Notes: a model not told the origin generated them from the sequence alone. A stretch of 64,000 nt of DNA from an uncultured Planctomycetota bacterium (GCA_963849325.1 CAWKHF010000007.1:480001-544000); one strand, 5' to 3'; numbered from the stretch's first letter, positions 45,947-58,827 are shown. Numbers and translations are program-made.

Positions 45947-46381
45947 ATGGCGGCACCCAAGAACGGCACGAGATTCTTCACGACGACCGAGGCCAACAAC
46001 ACCCTACCGCTGGTCCGCGCCATCGTGCAGGACATCACGGAACTGGCCCGCGAGCTGCGCGAGCGGCACGAACGGCTGGAACGACTGCGGCCGGACGGAC
46101 GCTTCGCCCTCAGCGACGCCCACGATGAGGAACTCCAGCAAGTGCGGGCGGAGCTGGAGCGCGGCCAGGAGAAGATGGAAGAATACGTCCGCGAGCTGAA
46201 TCAGCTCGGTGTCGAGTTGAAGGACTACTTCACCGGCCTGATCGACTTTCCCAGCGTGCGCAACGGCCGAGTGGTTTACCTGTGCTGGCGCCTGGGCGAG
46301 CCGGAGGTCGGCCACTGGCACGAACTCGAAGCCGGCTTCGCGGGCCGACAAAAGCTGGTGCCCGACACCAGCCGCGTCTGA
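45947..46381 (+). CDS. DUF2203 family protein
   Basis: [19 protein letters not shown]…YLCWRLGEP…[12 protein letters not shown]. Confidence 0.8.
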   Translation: MAAPKNGTRFFTTTEANNTLPLVRAIVQDITELARELRERHERLERLRPDGRFALSDAHDEELQQVRAELERGQEKMEEYVRELNQLGVELKDYFTGLIDFPSVRNGRVVYLCWRLGEPEVGHWHELEAGFAGRQKLVPDTSRV

Positions 46382-46400
46382 CGCCGCGAGTATACTTTCG

Positions 46401-46454
46401 GAGCCGCGACCGTCAGGGAGCGGAGAGAAGACCGCTCCCTGACGGTCGCGGCTC
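46401..46454. repeat. REP-like hairpin
   Basis: GAGCCGCGACCGTCAGGGAGCGG, 23-bp perfect inverted repeat. Confidence 0.88.
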
Positions 46455-46472
46455 GGTTTGGAGAGGGTTCGC

Positions 46473-47203
46473 ATGACTCCCCTGGCTGCCTATGCTCTGC
46501 TGTTCGTGGCCGTCGGCATCGGCTTCATCTTCGTTCACCTGATGGCCGGCAAAATGATCCGGCCGCACAACCCCAACGCCTCCAAGGGCACCATCTACGA
46601 GTGCGGTGAGCCGACCATCGGCAGTGCCTGGATCCAGTTTGACCTGCGCTTCTACGTCGTCGCCCTGCTGTTCGTCATCTTCGACGTGGAAGTGGCGTTC
46701 TTCTTCCCGTGGGCGGAAGTGTTCGGCAAGGCCAACGCGGTGGCATCGGCCAACCAACTGTCCGACGCCGAGGGCTACCATCAGACGGCGGAGCGAGCGG
46801 CGGAACTGCTGTCGCCGCAGGTCCGAGAAGAGCACGCCCGGCAGATCGAGCAACTTCGGCAGATCACGCCTCAGAATGTCGTTCGACTGCACGAATTGCG
46901 CCAGCAGAAGGAGAATGCTACCAACCACCGGCTGGAGGCGGAAGAAGAGGCCGAGCTGGAACCCCTGGACAATTTGGAGAGACTGGCCACTCAGACCCGC
47001 AGCAGGGACGCCAACTCGGCTGGCTCGCCTTGCTGGAGATCGCCGTCTTCTTCGGCGTCCTGCTGGTGGGATTCGCCTACTTGTGGAGTCGCGGCGATCT
47101 CGCCTGGGTCCGCAGCCTGGCCGCCGAGCGTACCGGAGCGGAGCCAGGGTCGCCGGTGGTTCGACAACCCGCGCCGCTGGCCGGCACCGCCGCGCATTCG
47201 TGA
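46473..47203 (+). CDS. nuoA: NADH-quinone oxidoreductase subunit A with a long insertion (frameshift near 47000)
   Basis: YECGEP, FYVVALLFVIFDVE…PWA; GFAYLWSRGDLAW. Confidence 0.85.
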
Positions 47204-47260
47204 CCATTCACCCGGATCGGAATAGAAGAAAGCCTCAAACCCGAGGCGGGAGTCCTGACG

Positions 47261-47894
47261 ATGGGATGGCTGGAAGGACGTTTTGAAGAGAGCGTTATCA
47301 CGACCTCGCTGGAGCAGGCCATCAACTGGGCGCGCGAGTCGAGCATGTGGCCGATGACGTTCGGCCTGGCCTGCTGCGCCATCGAGATGATGGCCACCGG
47401 CGCCTTGCGCTACGACATCGACCGCTTCGGCGCCGGCGCCTTCCGGGCGACGCCGCGCCAGGCCGATCTGATGATCGTGGCCGGCACCGTCAATTTCAAG
47501 ATGGCCAGCCGCGTGCGTCGCCTGTACAACCAGATGCCCGATCCGAAGTTCGTCATCGCCATGGGCGCCTGCACCTGCGGCGGCGGGCCGTATTACAAGT
47601 ACGGCTACAACGTCGTCAAGGGCGTCGATCTGGTGGTGCCGGTGGACGTGTACGTTCCCGGCTGTCCGCCGCGGCCGGAAGCGCTGCTGGAAGGGCTCAT
47701 GCGCATTCAGGACAAGGTGCGGGCCATGAAGGACCTGACCACGGATCAGCCGCTCGACGTGCCGATCCCCTCGCGCAGCGGCTATACTCTGCTGCCGCCG
47801 GAATTGGACGATCCCGACCCGGTCGCGGCGCCTGGAAAAGCAGAACGCCTTCGCCAAGAAGACCAAGGAACTCGCCGCCCCCGCCAAGGCATAA
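47261..47894 (+). CDS. nuoB: NADH-quinone oxidoreductase subunit B (3' end uncertain)
   Basis: [34 protein letters not shown]. Confidence 0.92.
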
Positions 47895-47900
47895 GAGAAC

Positions 47901-47980
47901 AACCACGAATCACACGAATCACACGAATAAAAAAAGATTTGATTTGTCTCTTATTCGTGTGATTCGTGTGATTCGTGGTT
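47901..47980. repeat. Palindromic element of ACCACGAATCACACGAA type
   Basis: Perfect ~30-bp inverted repeat of tandem 9-mers. Confidence 0.9.
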
Positions 47981-47999
47981 TGTCTTGAGGAGCCAACGT

Positions 48000-48531
48000 A
48001 TGACTGCCGCCGAGATCGCCGTCCTTCTCGAACAGCAGTTCGGTTCGCGCATCCCCTCGAAGAACCTGGAAGCGATCGACCCGTTCGTCGTGGTCGAGGC
48101 CGCCAGACCTCTTCGACGTGTGCCGCTTCCTCAAGCGAAGACCCGCGTTTGCAGTTCGACATCCTCAACTGCATCAGCGGCGTCGATTACCTGGAGCCGG
48201 ACGCCAAGAAGGCACCCAAGGCCGGCTTCAGCCGCATCTGGAAGTCGTCTATCACCTGTCCAGCTTCCGTCATCGCCATCGCTTCGTCCTCAAGGTGCTG
48301 CTGCCGCGCTGGAAGAACGACAAGGCCGGCGAACTGCCGGAAGTCCCCTCGGTCACGTCGCTGTGGCGCACCGCCGACTGGCACGAGCGCGAGGTTTACG
48401 ACCTGTCCGGCGTGTGGTTCACCGGCCATCCCGAGCTGACGCGCATCCTGCTCGCCGACGATTGGGTCGGCCATCCGTTGCGGAAGGATTACGAGTTTCC
48501 GCTGGAATATCACGGTATTCGCGGACGTTAA
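48000..48531 (+). CDS. nuoC: NADH-quinone oxidoreductase subunit C (frameshifted)
   Basis: [19 protein letters not shown]…GHP…RILL…GHPLRKDY. Confidence 0.88.
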
Positions 48532-48565
48532 CCTGCCGCCCCCGGCAAGCGGGGGCTATGTGAGG

Positions 48566-49789
48566 ATGTTCATGGCCACTGTCGCAGCACCGGAACGCAA
48601 ACAAGACCAAACGGTCATCGAATTCGACGTCCGCACCGACGAGATGCTCGTCAACATGGGTCCGCAGCACCCCAGCACGCACGGCGTACTGCGGCTGGTG
48701 CTGCGCACCGACGGCGAGGTCATCTCCGAAGTGACGCCGCACCTGGGCTATCTGCACCGCTGCGCCGAGAAGATCGGCGAGAACGTCACGCCGATCCAGT
48801 TCATCCCCTACACCGACCGCATGGACTACCTGGCCGGGATGAACATGAACCTGGCCTACTCGTTGGCCGTCGAAAAGCTGTGCGGCATGAAGCTGCCGGA
48901 GAAGGCCAACGTCATCCGCGTCCTCATCGCCGAGCTGAACCGCATCGCCAGCCATCTCGTCGGCATGGGCGCCTACGGACTCGACCTCGGCACGTTCAGC
49001 CCGTTTTTGTACGCCTTCCGCGAACGCGAGATGATCCTCGATCTGTTCGAGGAAGTTTGCGGCGCCCGCCTGACCTACAGTTACATCACCATCGGCGGCG
49101 TCCACGACGATCTGCCGGCTGGCTGGGTCGAGCGCTGCCGCGAGTTCCTCAACTACTTGAAGCCGCGCATCCCGGAGTATCACACGCTCCTGACGACCAA
49201 TCACATCTTCGTCCAGCGGACGGCCAACATCGGCATGCTGTCGCGGGAGATGGCCCTCAGTTACGGCTGCACCGGCCCGATGCTGCGCGGCTCGCTCGAC
49301 CGCCGACAGGGCGACCCGGACTGGGACCTGCGCCGCATCGAGCCGTACTGCGGCTACGAAACCTACGATTTCAACGTAGTGGTGCCGCCCTTCGATGACC
49401 GCTGGGGTTGGCGGAAACCCCAGGGCACCGTCCTCGGCGACGCCTGGCATCGGTTCATGGTGCGCATGCTCGAAGTGGTGGAGAGCATCCGCCTCTGCGA
49501 GCAAGCCCTCGACCGTTATCCGACCGCGCAGGGCGCGCACCGCATCGAAATGCCACGTCATCTGCCGGCCGGCGAAGCCTACGTCGAGACGGAATGTCCG
49601 CGCGGCCAGATGGGTTTCTACGTCGTCGCCGCTCCCGGCAAGGGCGTGGTGCCGTTGCGCGTGCGGGCGCGATCGTCGAGCTTCTGCAACCTGAGTGTGA
49701 CCAACGACATCTGCCGCGGCTGTCTGATCGCCGACGTGCCGGCCATCGTCGGTAGCATCGATATCGTCATGGGCGAGATCGATCGGTGA
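48566..49789 (+). CDS. nuoD: NADH-quinone oxidoreductase subunit D
   Basis: NMGPQHPSTHGVLRL, GYLHR, DRMDY, ELNRIASHL, DIVMGEIDR. Confidence 0.92.
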   Translation: MFMATVAAPERKQDQTVIEFDVRTDEMLVNMGPQHPSTHGVLRLVLRTDGEVISEVTPHLGYLHRCAEKIGENVTPIQFIPYTDRMDYLAGMNMNLAYSLAVEKLCGMKLPEKANVIRVLIAELNRIASHLVGMGAYGLDLGTFSPFLYAFREREMILDLFEEVCGARLTYSYITIGGVHDDLPAGWVERCREFLNYLKPRIPEYHTLLTTNHIFVQRTANIGMLSREMALSYGCTGPMLRGSLDRRQGDPDWDLRRIEPYCGYETYDFNVVVPPFDDRWGWRKPQGTVLGDAWHRFMVRMLEVVESIRLCEQALDRYPTAQGAHRIEMPRHLPAGEAYVETECPRGQMGFYVVAAPGKGVVPLRVRARSSSFCNLSVTNDICRGCLIADVPAIVGSIDIVMGEIDR

Positions 49790-49887
49790 GACGAATTTCC
49801 ATAAATTGCTTGTAAATCAAGTAGTTGCGTCGAACCGATAGTGCCGAGGCAGCTGGCACCATCCGCGAAGATTGTTCGGTGGCGGTC

Positions 49888-50676
49888 ATGAATCGTCTCA
49901 AGATCGGCATTTGTCTGGAATCGCTCGACCTACCGCTGCGGCGTGCGCTGACGGAGGCGGGGCGGCTGGGCGTCTCCGGCGTGCAGGTGGACGCGGTCGG
50001 CGATCTGGCGCCGAATGCTCTGTCGGAGACCGGCCGCCGCGAGTTCCGTCATCTGCTCCGCGCGCACAACCTGGAGTTGACGGCGCTGGGCTGCCCGCTG
50101 CGCCGCGGTCTCGATTCGGCCGAGAACCAGCAGCCGCGCCTCGAGCACGTCCAGAAGGTGCTCAACCTCAGCTACGATCTCGGGCCGCGCGTCGTCATCG
50201 TCCAGGCCGGGTCTATCGTTGAGGACGCCGCCAACCCGCACATGCACATCCTCAGCGAATCGCTGCAAGCCCTGGCCCGTCACGGCGACCGCAGCGGCAC
50301 CATCCTCGCCCTGGAAACCGGCCTGGAGGACGGCGCCGCGCTCGCGTCCTTCCTCGACCGCTTCGATACCGGCGCCCTCGGCGTCAACCTCGATCCCGCC
50401 AACTTGCTGCTGCACGGCTTCGATGCGTATGCGAGCGTCCAGGCGCTCGGCCACCGCATCGTCCACACGCACGCCAAGGACGCCCGACAAGCCAGCGCCA
50501 GCCGCGCCGCTCAGGAAGTGCCTCTGGGCCATGGCGACATCGACTGGATCAAGTATCTGGGCGCCCTCGAAGAAATCGAATATCGCGGCTGGCTGACCAT
50601 CGAACGCGAGACGGGCGACAATCACCTGGCCGACGTCACCGCCGGAGTCACCTTCCTGCGCCGCCTGATTGGCTGA
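49888..50676 (+). CDS. Sugar phosphate isomerase/epimerase (xylose isomerase-like TIM barrel)
   Basis: LALET, NLDPAN, HTHAKD, GHGDIDW, LTIERE. Confidence 0.82.
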   Translation: MNRLKIGICLESLDLPLRRALTEAGRLGVSGVQVDAVGDLAPNALSETGRREFRHLLRAHNLELTALGCPLRRGLDSAENQQPRLEHVQKVLNLSYDLGPRVVIVQAGSIVEDAANPHMHILSESLQALARHGDRSGTILALETGLEDGAALASFLDRFDTGALGVNLDPANLLLHGFDAYASVQALGHRIVHTHAKDARQASASRAAQEVPLGHGDIDWIKYLGALEEIEYRGWLTIERETGDNHLADVTAGVTFLRRLIG

Positions 50677-50854
50677 GCCTCCGTCTTTCGCGCACTTGTC
50701 CGCGGCTTTTGCTTGCTCCGCGCCGGTCGTCCTCCTAGCATGGCTGGGACACGGTGGCATGAGGTGGATTGGGGGGCCGCTCTCCGATTCGACCCGGTCG
50801 TTCCGAGGTCGGCGCGGCGCACCCTCTCCGCCGTACTCCTCCACGAGGTACACC

Positions 50855-51856
50855 ATGAAACGATGCCTGGCGGGCGCATGTGCCCTGGGGCTGACCTTGG
50901 CCTGGATCAGTCTTGGCTCGGCCGATGACGACAAGAAGGCGAAACCGAAGCGCGATACGCACATGGCTTTCACCGATGCCGTCACCGCAGGTCCGGATTT
51001 CTTCATCCAAGGCGAGTATGAGGGGAAAATCGCCGAGAAGAACAAACTCGGCGCCCAGGTCATCGCCGACGGGGATGGCAAGTTCACGGTGGAGTTTCTC
51101 TCCGGCGGCCTGCCGGGGGCCGGATGGGACGGTAAGACGAGAAACAAGGCGTCCGCCAAGTTGGCCGACGGCAAGGTGAGCGTCGAGGGAAGCGGCTGGA
51201 CGGGCGAGATCAGCGGCTCCAAGTTCACCGGCAAGACCAAGGAGGGCGAGGCGTTCGCGCTCACGCATGTCGAGCGCAAGAGTCCGACGCTGGGCCTGAA
51301 GCCGCCCGCCGACGCCTTGGTCCTGTTCGACGGCAGCAGCGCCGACCAGTGGAACGGCGGCAAGTTGGTCGAGGGCAACCTCCTTAACGCCGGCATCACC
51401 AGTAAGAAGTCGTTCCAGGACTTCACCCTGCACCTGGAGTTCCGCCTGCCTTTCATGCCGTACGCCCGCGGCCAGGGTCGCGGCAACAGCGGCGTCTATC
51501 TGCAGAACCGCTGGGAATTGCAGCTCCTCGACAGCTTCGGCCTCAAGGGCGCCAACAACGAATGCGGCGGCATCTATTCGCAGTACGCCCCCAAGGTCAA
51601 CATGTGCTTCCCGCCGCTGTCGTGGCAGACCTACGACATCGAGTTCAAGGCCGCGCGCTTCGACGGCGACAAGAAGATCGAGGATGCCGTCGTCACCCTC
51701 AAGCACAACGGCGTCGTCGTCCACGATCATCAGAAACTCGACAAGGGACCGAGCGGCGGCGGACAGAAGGAAAGCGCCAAGCCCGGCCCGATTCAGCTCC
51801 AGAACCACGGCAACCCCGTCGTCTTCCGCAATATCTGGGTCATCGAGAAAAAGTGA
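50855..51856 (+). CDS. DUF1080 domain secreted protein
   Basis: Signal peptide; [33 protein letters not shown]. Confidence 0.85.
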   Translation: MKRCLAGACALGLTLAWISLGSADDDKKAKPKRDTHMAFTDAVTAGPDFFIQGEYEGKIAEKNKLGAQVIADGDGKFTVEFLSGGLPGAGWDGKTRNKASAKLADGKVSVEGSGWTGEISGSKFTGKTKEGEAFALTHVERKSPTLGLKPPADALVLFDGSSADQWNGGKLVEGNLLNAGITSKKSFQDFTLHLEFRLPFMPYARGQGRGNSGVYLQNRWELQLLDSFGLKGANNECGGIYSQYAPKVNMCFPPLSWQTYDIEFKAARFDGDKKIEDAVVTLKHNGVVVHDHQKLDKGPSGGGQKESAKPGPIQLQNHGNPVVFRNIWVIEKK

Positions 51857-51868
51857 CGACGCGCATTG

Positions 51869-51934
51869 GGCGAGCGGGGTCGCGTCAGCGCCCCGAGTAC
51901 GAACCCTCGGGGCGCTGACGCGACCCCGCTCGCC
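51869..51934. repeat. REP-like hairpin
   Basis: 29-bp perfect inverted repeat (GCGAGCGGGGTCGCGTCAGCGCCCCGAG). Confidence 0.88.
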
Positions 51935-52025
51935 GGCGCTTGGCACCTCGCATTGTTCGCTCCCCGGGGTGACTTATAATTGAGGTAGTGGACCTCTCCT
52001 CCCTACCACTCCGAGGGAACGTGTG

Positions 52026-53205
52026 ATGGCCGACGCCTTTCTCCTCTCCGCGGCCCGAACCCCCATTGGCAAATATCTCGGCTCCCTGGCGGACGTGCCG
52101 GCCCCACAGCTCGGGTCCGTGGCCATCGCCGAGGCACTGCGCCGCGCTCGATGTGCCTCCCGACCGAGTCGAGGAAGTGATCCTCGGCAACGTCATCCAG
52201 GCGGGCGTCGGCCAGAACCCGGCGCGGCAGGCGGCGCTCAAGGCCGGACTGCCCGACTCCATCGCCGCCTTCACGGTCAACAAGGTGTGCGGTTCGGGAC
52301 TCAAGGCGGTCATGCTGGCGGCGCAGGCCGTCCGCGCCGGCGACGCCGAGCTGATCGTCGCCGGCGGCATCGAGAGCATGAGCCGGGCGCCGTACCTTCT
52401 CTTCGGCGCCCGCGCCGGCTGGAAGTACGGCGACCAGAAGGCGGTCGATGCCATGATCCACGACGGTCTGTGGTGCGCCTTCGAGGGCTGGCACATGGGC
52501 GAGGCCGCCGAGTACATCGCAGCGAAATGCGGCGTGTCGCGCGGCGAGCAGGACCGTTTCTCGGCGCAGAGCCAGCGGCGAGCCGTGGCGGCGTGGGAGA
52601 AGGGAGCGTTCCACGCCGAGGTCGTCCCCGTCACGGTCGGCACCGGGGCGAAGGCGAAGGTCGTATCGCGCGACGAAGGCATGCGGCCGGAGACGACGGT
52701 GGAGACGTTGGCGAAGCTGAAACCGGCCTTCCGCGAGGGTGGCACGGTCACGGCCGGCAACGCCTCGACGCTCAGCGACGGCGGCGCGGCCGTCGTCGTT
52801 GGCTCGGCCCGCGCGGCCGAGCGCCTGGGCACCAAACCGTTGGCCCGTGTCGTCGCCTACTCCACAAGCGGCGTGGCCCCGAAGGACATCTTCCTCGCTC
52901 CGGTATTGGCCGTGCGCCAGGTGTTGGACAAGGCCAATCTGCAGATGAAGGACATTGACCTGTTCGAGCTGAACGAGGCGTTCGCGGCCCAGATGCTGGC
53001 GTGCGGCCAGGAGCTGAAGCTGGACGAGGAGAGAGTCAACGTCCACGGCGGGGCCATCGCGCTGGGACATCCCATCGGGGCGTCGGGAGCGCGGGTGCTG
53101 GTGACGCTGCTGTATGCTCTCGAACAGCGCGGGCTGAAGCGCGGGCTGGCGTCGCTGTGCCTGGGCGGCGGCAACGCCGTGGCGATGGTGGTGGAACGGG
53201 TGTAA
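52026..53205 (+). CDS. Acetyl-CoA C-acyltransferase (thiolase), frameshift near 52145
   Basis: [25 protein letters not shown]. Confidence 0.92.
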
Positions 53206-53225
53206 GCCAGGAGGGGCTCTTTCGT

Positions 53226-53900
53226 ATGAGTACCATCGTAATTGCAGACCAGGTTCGTATCCCTTCCTGGGTGAATGACCTGGAGTCGTTCCGTCGCTGG
53301 GCTCGCTCGGACGATTATCCCGAACGAGGGTGGGTGTCCTTCCTCGACGGCGAAATTTGGGTGGATACGAGCATGGAGCAACTATTTACCCATAATCAGG
53401 TGAAGACGGAGTTCACCGTCGTGCTGGGGAGCCTAATGAAACGGGAAGAGTTGGGCTACTACTTCTCTGATCGAGTGCTCCTGAGCAATGAGCAGGCGAA
53501 CCTCTCGACGGAGCCGGACGGCACGTTTTGCTCGTTCGCCGCTCTCGAGGCCAAGCGCATCCGATTGCTGGAAGGAGTAGAGCAAGGGTATGTGGAGATC
53601 GAAGGGGCGCCGGACATGGTGTTGGAGGTGGTTAGTGCCTATTCGGTTCGTAAGGACACGAAAATCCTTCGCCATCTCTACGGACGCGCCGGCATCCCCG
53701 AATACTGGCTCGTCGATGCCCGAAAATCTTCTTTGCAATTCGACATCCTGCGCTGGACGGAGCGCGGCTACTTGGCCGGCCGGCGCCGGCACGGTTGGTT
53801 GAAATCGAAGGTGTTCGGCCGATCCTTCCTGCTGGAAACCAAGCCGGATCGGCTGGGGCATCCGCAGTTCTTCCTGCGCATGGCAGGCGCCGAACCGTAG
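53226..53900 (+). CDS. Uma2 family endonuclease
   Basis: EPDG, APDMVLEVVS, AGIPEYWLVD. Confidence 0.8.
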   Translation: MSTIVIADQVRIPSWVNDLESFRRWARSDDYPERGWVSFLDGEIWVDTSMEQLFTHNQVKTEFTVVLGSLMKREELGYYFSDRVLLSNEQANLSTEPDGTFCSFAALEAKRIRLLEGVEQGYVEIEGAPDMVLEVVSAYSVRKDTKILRHLYGRAGIPEYWLVDARKSSLQFDILRWTERGYLAGRRRHGWLKSKVFGRSFLLETKPDRLGHPQFFLRMAGAEP

Positions 53901-53975
53901 AGGACGCATCGGAGACCGCAGGCGCGTTTCCGTAAATAGGGGCATATCTTACCCACAAGAAAGAAGGAAGCTCCG

Positions 53976-55628
<1,653 letters not shown>

Positions 55629-55651
55629 AATCCAAAGTGAGGAGAAACGAA

Positions 55652-56242
55652 ATGGCCACAGTGACAGCCGAACCTCTGAGCGCGACCGCCGTTGAGCGAG
55701 CCTTGATGACGGCGGAGGAATTTCTGCGCCTTCCTAATGACGGTAGGCCGAGGGAATTAGTGCGAGGGAGAGTAATTTACATGAACGTGCCGACGCCGCG
55801 ACATGGGCAGATATGCGGTCAAGTCTATTACCTGTTGCGGCACTTCTTGGAAGACCATTCCGTGGGGCACGTTGTCTGCAATGATTCGGGAGTGCGTACC
55901 GAACGCGGCCCAGACACCGTGAGAGGAGCGGATGTCGCCTTCTACAGTTACCAGCGCGTACCCCCCGGCCTCTTCCCTCAAGGATACTTGCCCGTCGTGC
56001 CCGAACTGGTCTTCGAGGTCCGCTCGTCGGGTGACCGTTGGGGGCGGATCTGGACCAAGGTTGGCGAGTATCTGGAAGCAGGGGTGACGGTCGTGTGCGT
56101 CCTCGATCAGATCCGGGAAAGATGTCATGTCTTTCGTCCCGATGATTCCGGTGAAATCTTCTCGGCCGAGCAGGAATTGACTCTCCCGGACGTTCTGCCT
56201 GAATTTCAGATTGTCGTGCGGCGATTCTTCGAGTATCCCTGA
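55652..56242 (+). CDS. Uma2 family endonuclease
   Basis: ELVRG…P…HG; RGADVAF; PELVFEVRS; YLEAGV. Confidence 0.82.
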   Translation: MATVTAEPLSATAVERALMTAEEFLRLPNDGRPRELVRGRVIYMNVPTPRHGQICGQVYYLLRHFLEDHSVGHVVCNDSGVRTERGPDTVRGADVAFYSYQRVPPGLFPQGYLPVVPELVFEVRSSGDRWGRIWTKVGEYLEAGVTVVCVLDQIRERCHVFRPDDSGEIFSAEQELTLPDVLPEFQIVVRRFFEYP

Positions 56243-56251
56243 GGAAACTTC

Positions 56252-56662
56252 ATGGCCGAATCTCACCCCGTGCGCGTCGTCCTCGCCAAGGTCGGTCTGG
56301 ACGGCCACGACCGCGGCATCAAGGTCGTCGCTCGTGCCCTGCGCGATGCCGGCATGCAGGTCATCTACGCCGGCCTGTGGCAGACGCCCGAGGCGGTTGT
56401 GCGCACCGTCGCCGACGAGGACGCTGATTGGCTCGGTCTGAGCCTCCTTAGCGGCGCTCACATGACCCTGGTGCCGCGCGTCCTGCAACTGTTACGCGAG
56501 GCGGGGCTGGAACACGTCGGCGTCCTGGTCGGTGGCATCATCCCCGAGGACGACGTGCCGAAGCTGCGCGAGATGGGCGTGGCCCACGTCTTCGGTCCCG
56601 GCACGGCGCTGCCGGAAATCGTCGCGTTTTTGCAACAGCGCAGCGGAGCGGGCCATGCTTGA
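56252..56662 (+). CDS. Cobalamin-binding small subunit of the mutase
   Basis: GLDGHDRG, SLLSGAH, GGIIP, FGPG. Confidence 0.92.
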   Translation: MAESHPVRVVLAKVGLDGHDRGIKVVARALRDAGMQVIYAGLWQTPEAVVRTVADEDADWLGLSLLSGAHMTLVPRVLQLLREAGLEHVGVLVGGIIPEDDVPKLREMGVAHVFGPGTALPEIVAFLQQRSGAGHA

Positions 56663-57590
56663 GACGCTCCTGGAACGCTTTCGCCGCCGCGACCGCCTGG
56701 CCCTGGCTCGGCTCCTCAGTCTGGCGGCGCGGGGCGAGCAGGTCGAAGACATTCTGACCGGCGTAGGAGAACCCGCGCGGCCGGCCCGCGTGGTCGCCGT
56801 CACCGGCAGCGGCGGCGTCGGCAAGAGCACCCTGATCGGCAAGATGATTGACGAAGTGCGACGCCAGGGGGCGAGCGTGGCCGTGCTCGCTTGCGATCCG
56901 CAAAGTCCGCTGAGCGGCGGCGCGCTGCTCGGCGATCGCTTCCGCATGCCGGCGCGGCCCGACGACGACGGCGTCTTCATCCGCAGTCTGGCCGCCGCCG
57001 GAGGACACGGCGCCCTGGCCGAGCACCTCGCCGTCCTCGTCCGTCTGCTGGAAGCGTTCGGCTTCGACGTGGTACTGATCGAGACCGTCGGCGCGGGGCA
57101 GGGCGATACGGTCGTGCGCGAGTTGGTCGATGTCCTCGTGCTGCTGCTCCAGCCGGAGACTGGCGACGATTTGCAGTGGGAGAAGGCCGGACTGCTGGAG
57201 GTGGCCGACGTCCTTGTCATCCACAAGGCGGACCTGCCCGGCGCCGAGCGCGTCGAGGCGCAGGTGCTGGCGACGCTCGCCCTCGGCACGGCGGCCGCCG
57301 CGCCGGTGCTGCGCATCAGCTCGCGCACCGGGAGCGGACTTGCCGAGCTGTGGCGGACGATCGCCGCGCGGCCGCTGCGCCGCGGCCGACAGAGGAGCGG
57401 CCGCGACCTGCTCCGACTCGCTCAACAGACGTTGGCCGCGCGCTTCGCCGCGGCCGAGGGCGCCGATCGACCGGAGTTACGGCAACTACTGAAACGCTGG
57501 CAGCGCGGTGACATCCCTACCGCCCAGGCCGCCTCGTCTCTTCTCGACCTGCTCCGCGAAGCCACGACTCCCGCCGAACCGCGCCGTTAA
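56655..57590 (+). CDS. meaB: MeaB/ArgK GTPase metallochaperone
   Basis: GSGGVGKST, DPQSP.SGGALLGDR, ETVGAGQ, HKAD. Confidence 0.88.
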   Translation: MLETLLERFRRRDRLALARLLSLAARGEQVEDILTGVGEPARPARVVAVTGSGGVGKSTLIGKMIDEVRRQGASVAVLACDPQSPLSGGALLGDRFRMPARPDDDGVFIRSLAAAGGHGALAEHLAVLVRLLEAFGFDVVLIETVGAGQGDTVVRELVDVLVLLLQPETGDDLQWEKAGLLEVADVLVIHKADLPGAERVEAQVLATLALGTAAAAPVLRISSRTGSGLAELWRTIAARPLRRGRQRSGRDLLRLAQQTLAARFAAAEGADRPELRQLLKRWQRGDIPTAQAASSLLDLLREATTPAEPRR

Positions 57591-58114
57591 TCGCGCGGCT
57601 TGATGACTTTCCGCGGCCGAGCGAAGACCTGCGTGTAGTAAACCTCGCCCTTGTCATTGCGGGCGATGCCCAGGCCCGTTTCCGTGACCTTGTTGCCGAG
57701 CAGGTTCTCGCGGTGAAGCTTCGATTCCATCCAACCCTTGACGATGGCCGTGAGGGGTGCTTCCGCTCCCTCGCTCATGGCGATGTTCTCGCTGACTTTG
57801 CCGTAATCGTAACCGACGGCCAGGACGCGCTGGCCCGGCGTCTTGCCGTCGAGAACGTGTTCCATCTTCCCCTGCCTGGCCATGTTTGCCGAGTGCCCGC
57901 GCGCCGCTCGGAACAAGAGCGTCTGCGGCCGCAGAGGCGGCAGCTTTTCCTTCGCCCGCTCCTGGTTGATTAACTCCAGGAGGGTCCCCTCGTCCTTGCT
58001 CATCTCGACGTGGGCGCCTTCCAGCCTGCCCTTTCCCTTGGCGTCCTCCGCGAAGGCCGTCGAGGCCAAGGCGGCGAAGATCAGGAAGCCAAACGCGGAA
58101 GCGAATCGAATCAT
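57587..58114 (-). CDS. CAP (SCP) domain secreted protein
   Basis: INQER, AARGHS.NM, SENIA, WMES..HRENLL. Confidence 0.88.
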   Translation of the reverse strand: MIRFASAFGFLIFAALASTAFAEDAKGKGRLEGAHVEMSKDEGTLLELINQERAKEKLPPLRPQTLLFRAARGHSANMARQGKMEHVLDGKTPGQRVLAVGYDYGKVSENIAMSEGAEAPLTAIVKGWMESKLHRENLLGNKVTETGLGIARNDKGEVYYTQVFARPRKVIKPRD

Positions 58115-58194
58115 GACAGCACCTCGCCCAAGGTCGATAGGATGGCCGCGAACCAGACCGACCTCCTGTCCCTACGATTGTCGCCCGCGGCATC

Positions 58195-58228
58195 CGCATG
58201 GCCGTTCTGCTGCAGCGACGGGTTCGGC
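58195..58228 (-). other. Truncated attC site (R''/L'' arm only)
   Basis: Minus strand GCCGAAC-CCGTCG-CTGCAGCAGAACGGCCATGCG just after the toxin stop; closely similar to the corresponding arm of the split attC. Confidence 0.7.
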
Positions 58229-58234
58229 AGCCTG

Positions 58235-58594
58235 TCAGAGCGCACTGGGCCGGCGGATGCGGATCGAGCCCGGCGCGATCACGCAGAAGGCTCCGGCCAA
58301 CTCGGCCGCATGGTCCCGAAACAGCTGGGACACGGCCTCCGCCTTCGCTGAGGGAGACAGCCCCGCCAACCGGGTGAGCACGACGCCGCCGTGGATGCGG
58401 CCGAGGCGGTACACTAACTCGCCAAAGTCCTTGTCCGCGGTCACGAGCAGGGCCGACCGCGCGTTGGCCTCGCCGAGCACTTGATCGTCCGTGATGCTCG
58501 GCGCCAGTTCGGCGACGTACACCGTGGCATGGCCATCGGCGCGCAAGCGCTCCACCACCTCCCGCTCAACACTCTCGTCGGCCAGTAAGTTCAT
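58235..58594 (-). CDS. DUF5615 PIN-like toxin
   Basis: LLADESV…DDQVL…LVTADKDFGEL; overlaps the antitoxin stop. Confidence 0.85.
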   Translation of the reverse strand: MNLLADESVEREVVERLRADGHATVYVAELAPSITDDQVLGEANARSALLVTADKDFGELVYRLGRIHGGVVLTRLAGLSPSAKAEAVSQLFRDHAAELAGAFCVIAPGSIRIRRPSAL

Positions 58595-58827
58595 ACCGGC
58601 TGCGGGCTCAAGGGGTAGACTGTGTCAGCCCGCAACGCCTGGGCGGCAAAGGCGAAGGCGGCCAGCACGGCCGGCCGGGTCAGCCGGGGGTGAGCAGCGA
58701 GGATCTGTTCGATAGGCTCGCCGGCAGCCACCTTTTCCAAGATCAACTCCACCGTCACACGGGTTCCGGCGACCACCGGTTTACCCATCATGACGGCGGG
58801 ATCGGAGACAATCAATGGTTCGCTCAT
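58591..58827 (-). CDS. DUF433 antitoxin
   Basis: IVSDPAVMMGKPVVAGTRVTV. Confidence 0.88.
   Translation of the reverse strand: MSEPLIVSDPAVMMGKPVVAGTRVTVELILEKVAAGEPIEQILAAHPRLTRPAVLAAFAFAAQALRADTVYPLSPQPV

Noticed and set aside
48566-49789. Group 4 [NiFe]-hydrogenase large subunit
   Set aside because: The N- and C-terminal CxxC metal-binding motifs are absent, and NuoD motifs are present.
682-53205. Widespread pseudogenisation or programmed frameshifting
   Set aside because: Single-base shifts hit many unrelated conserved genes (serA, nuo genes, thiolase, narK) with motifs intact on both sides and no in-frame stops noticed. This is typical of long-read consensus error.
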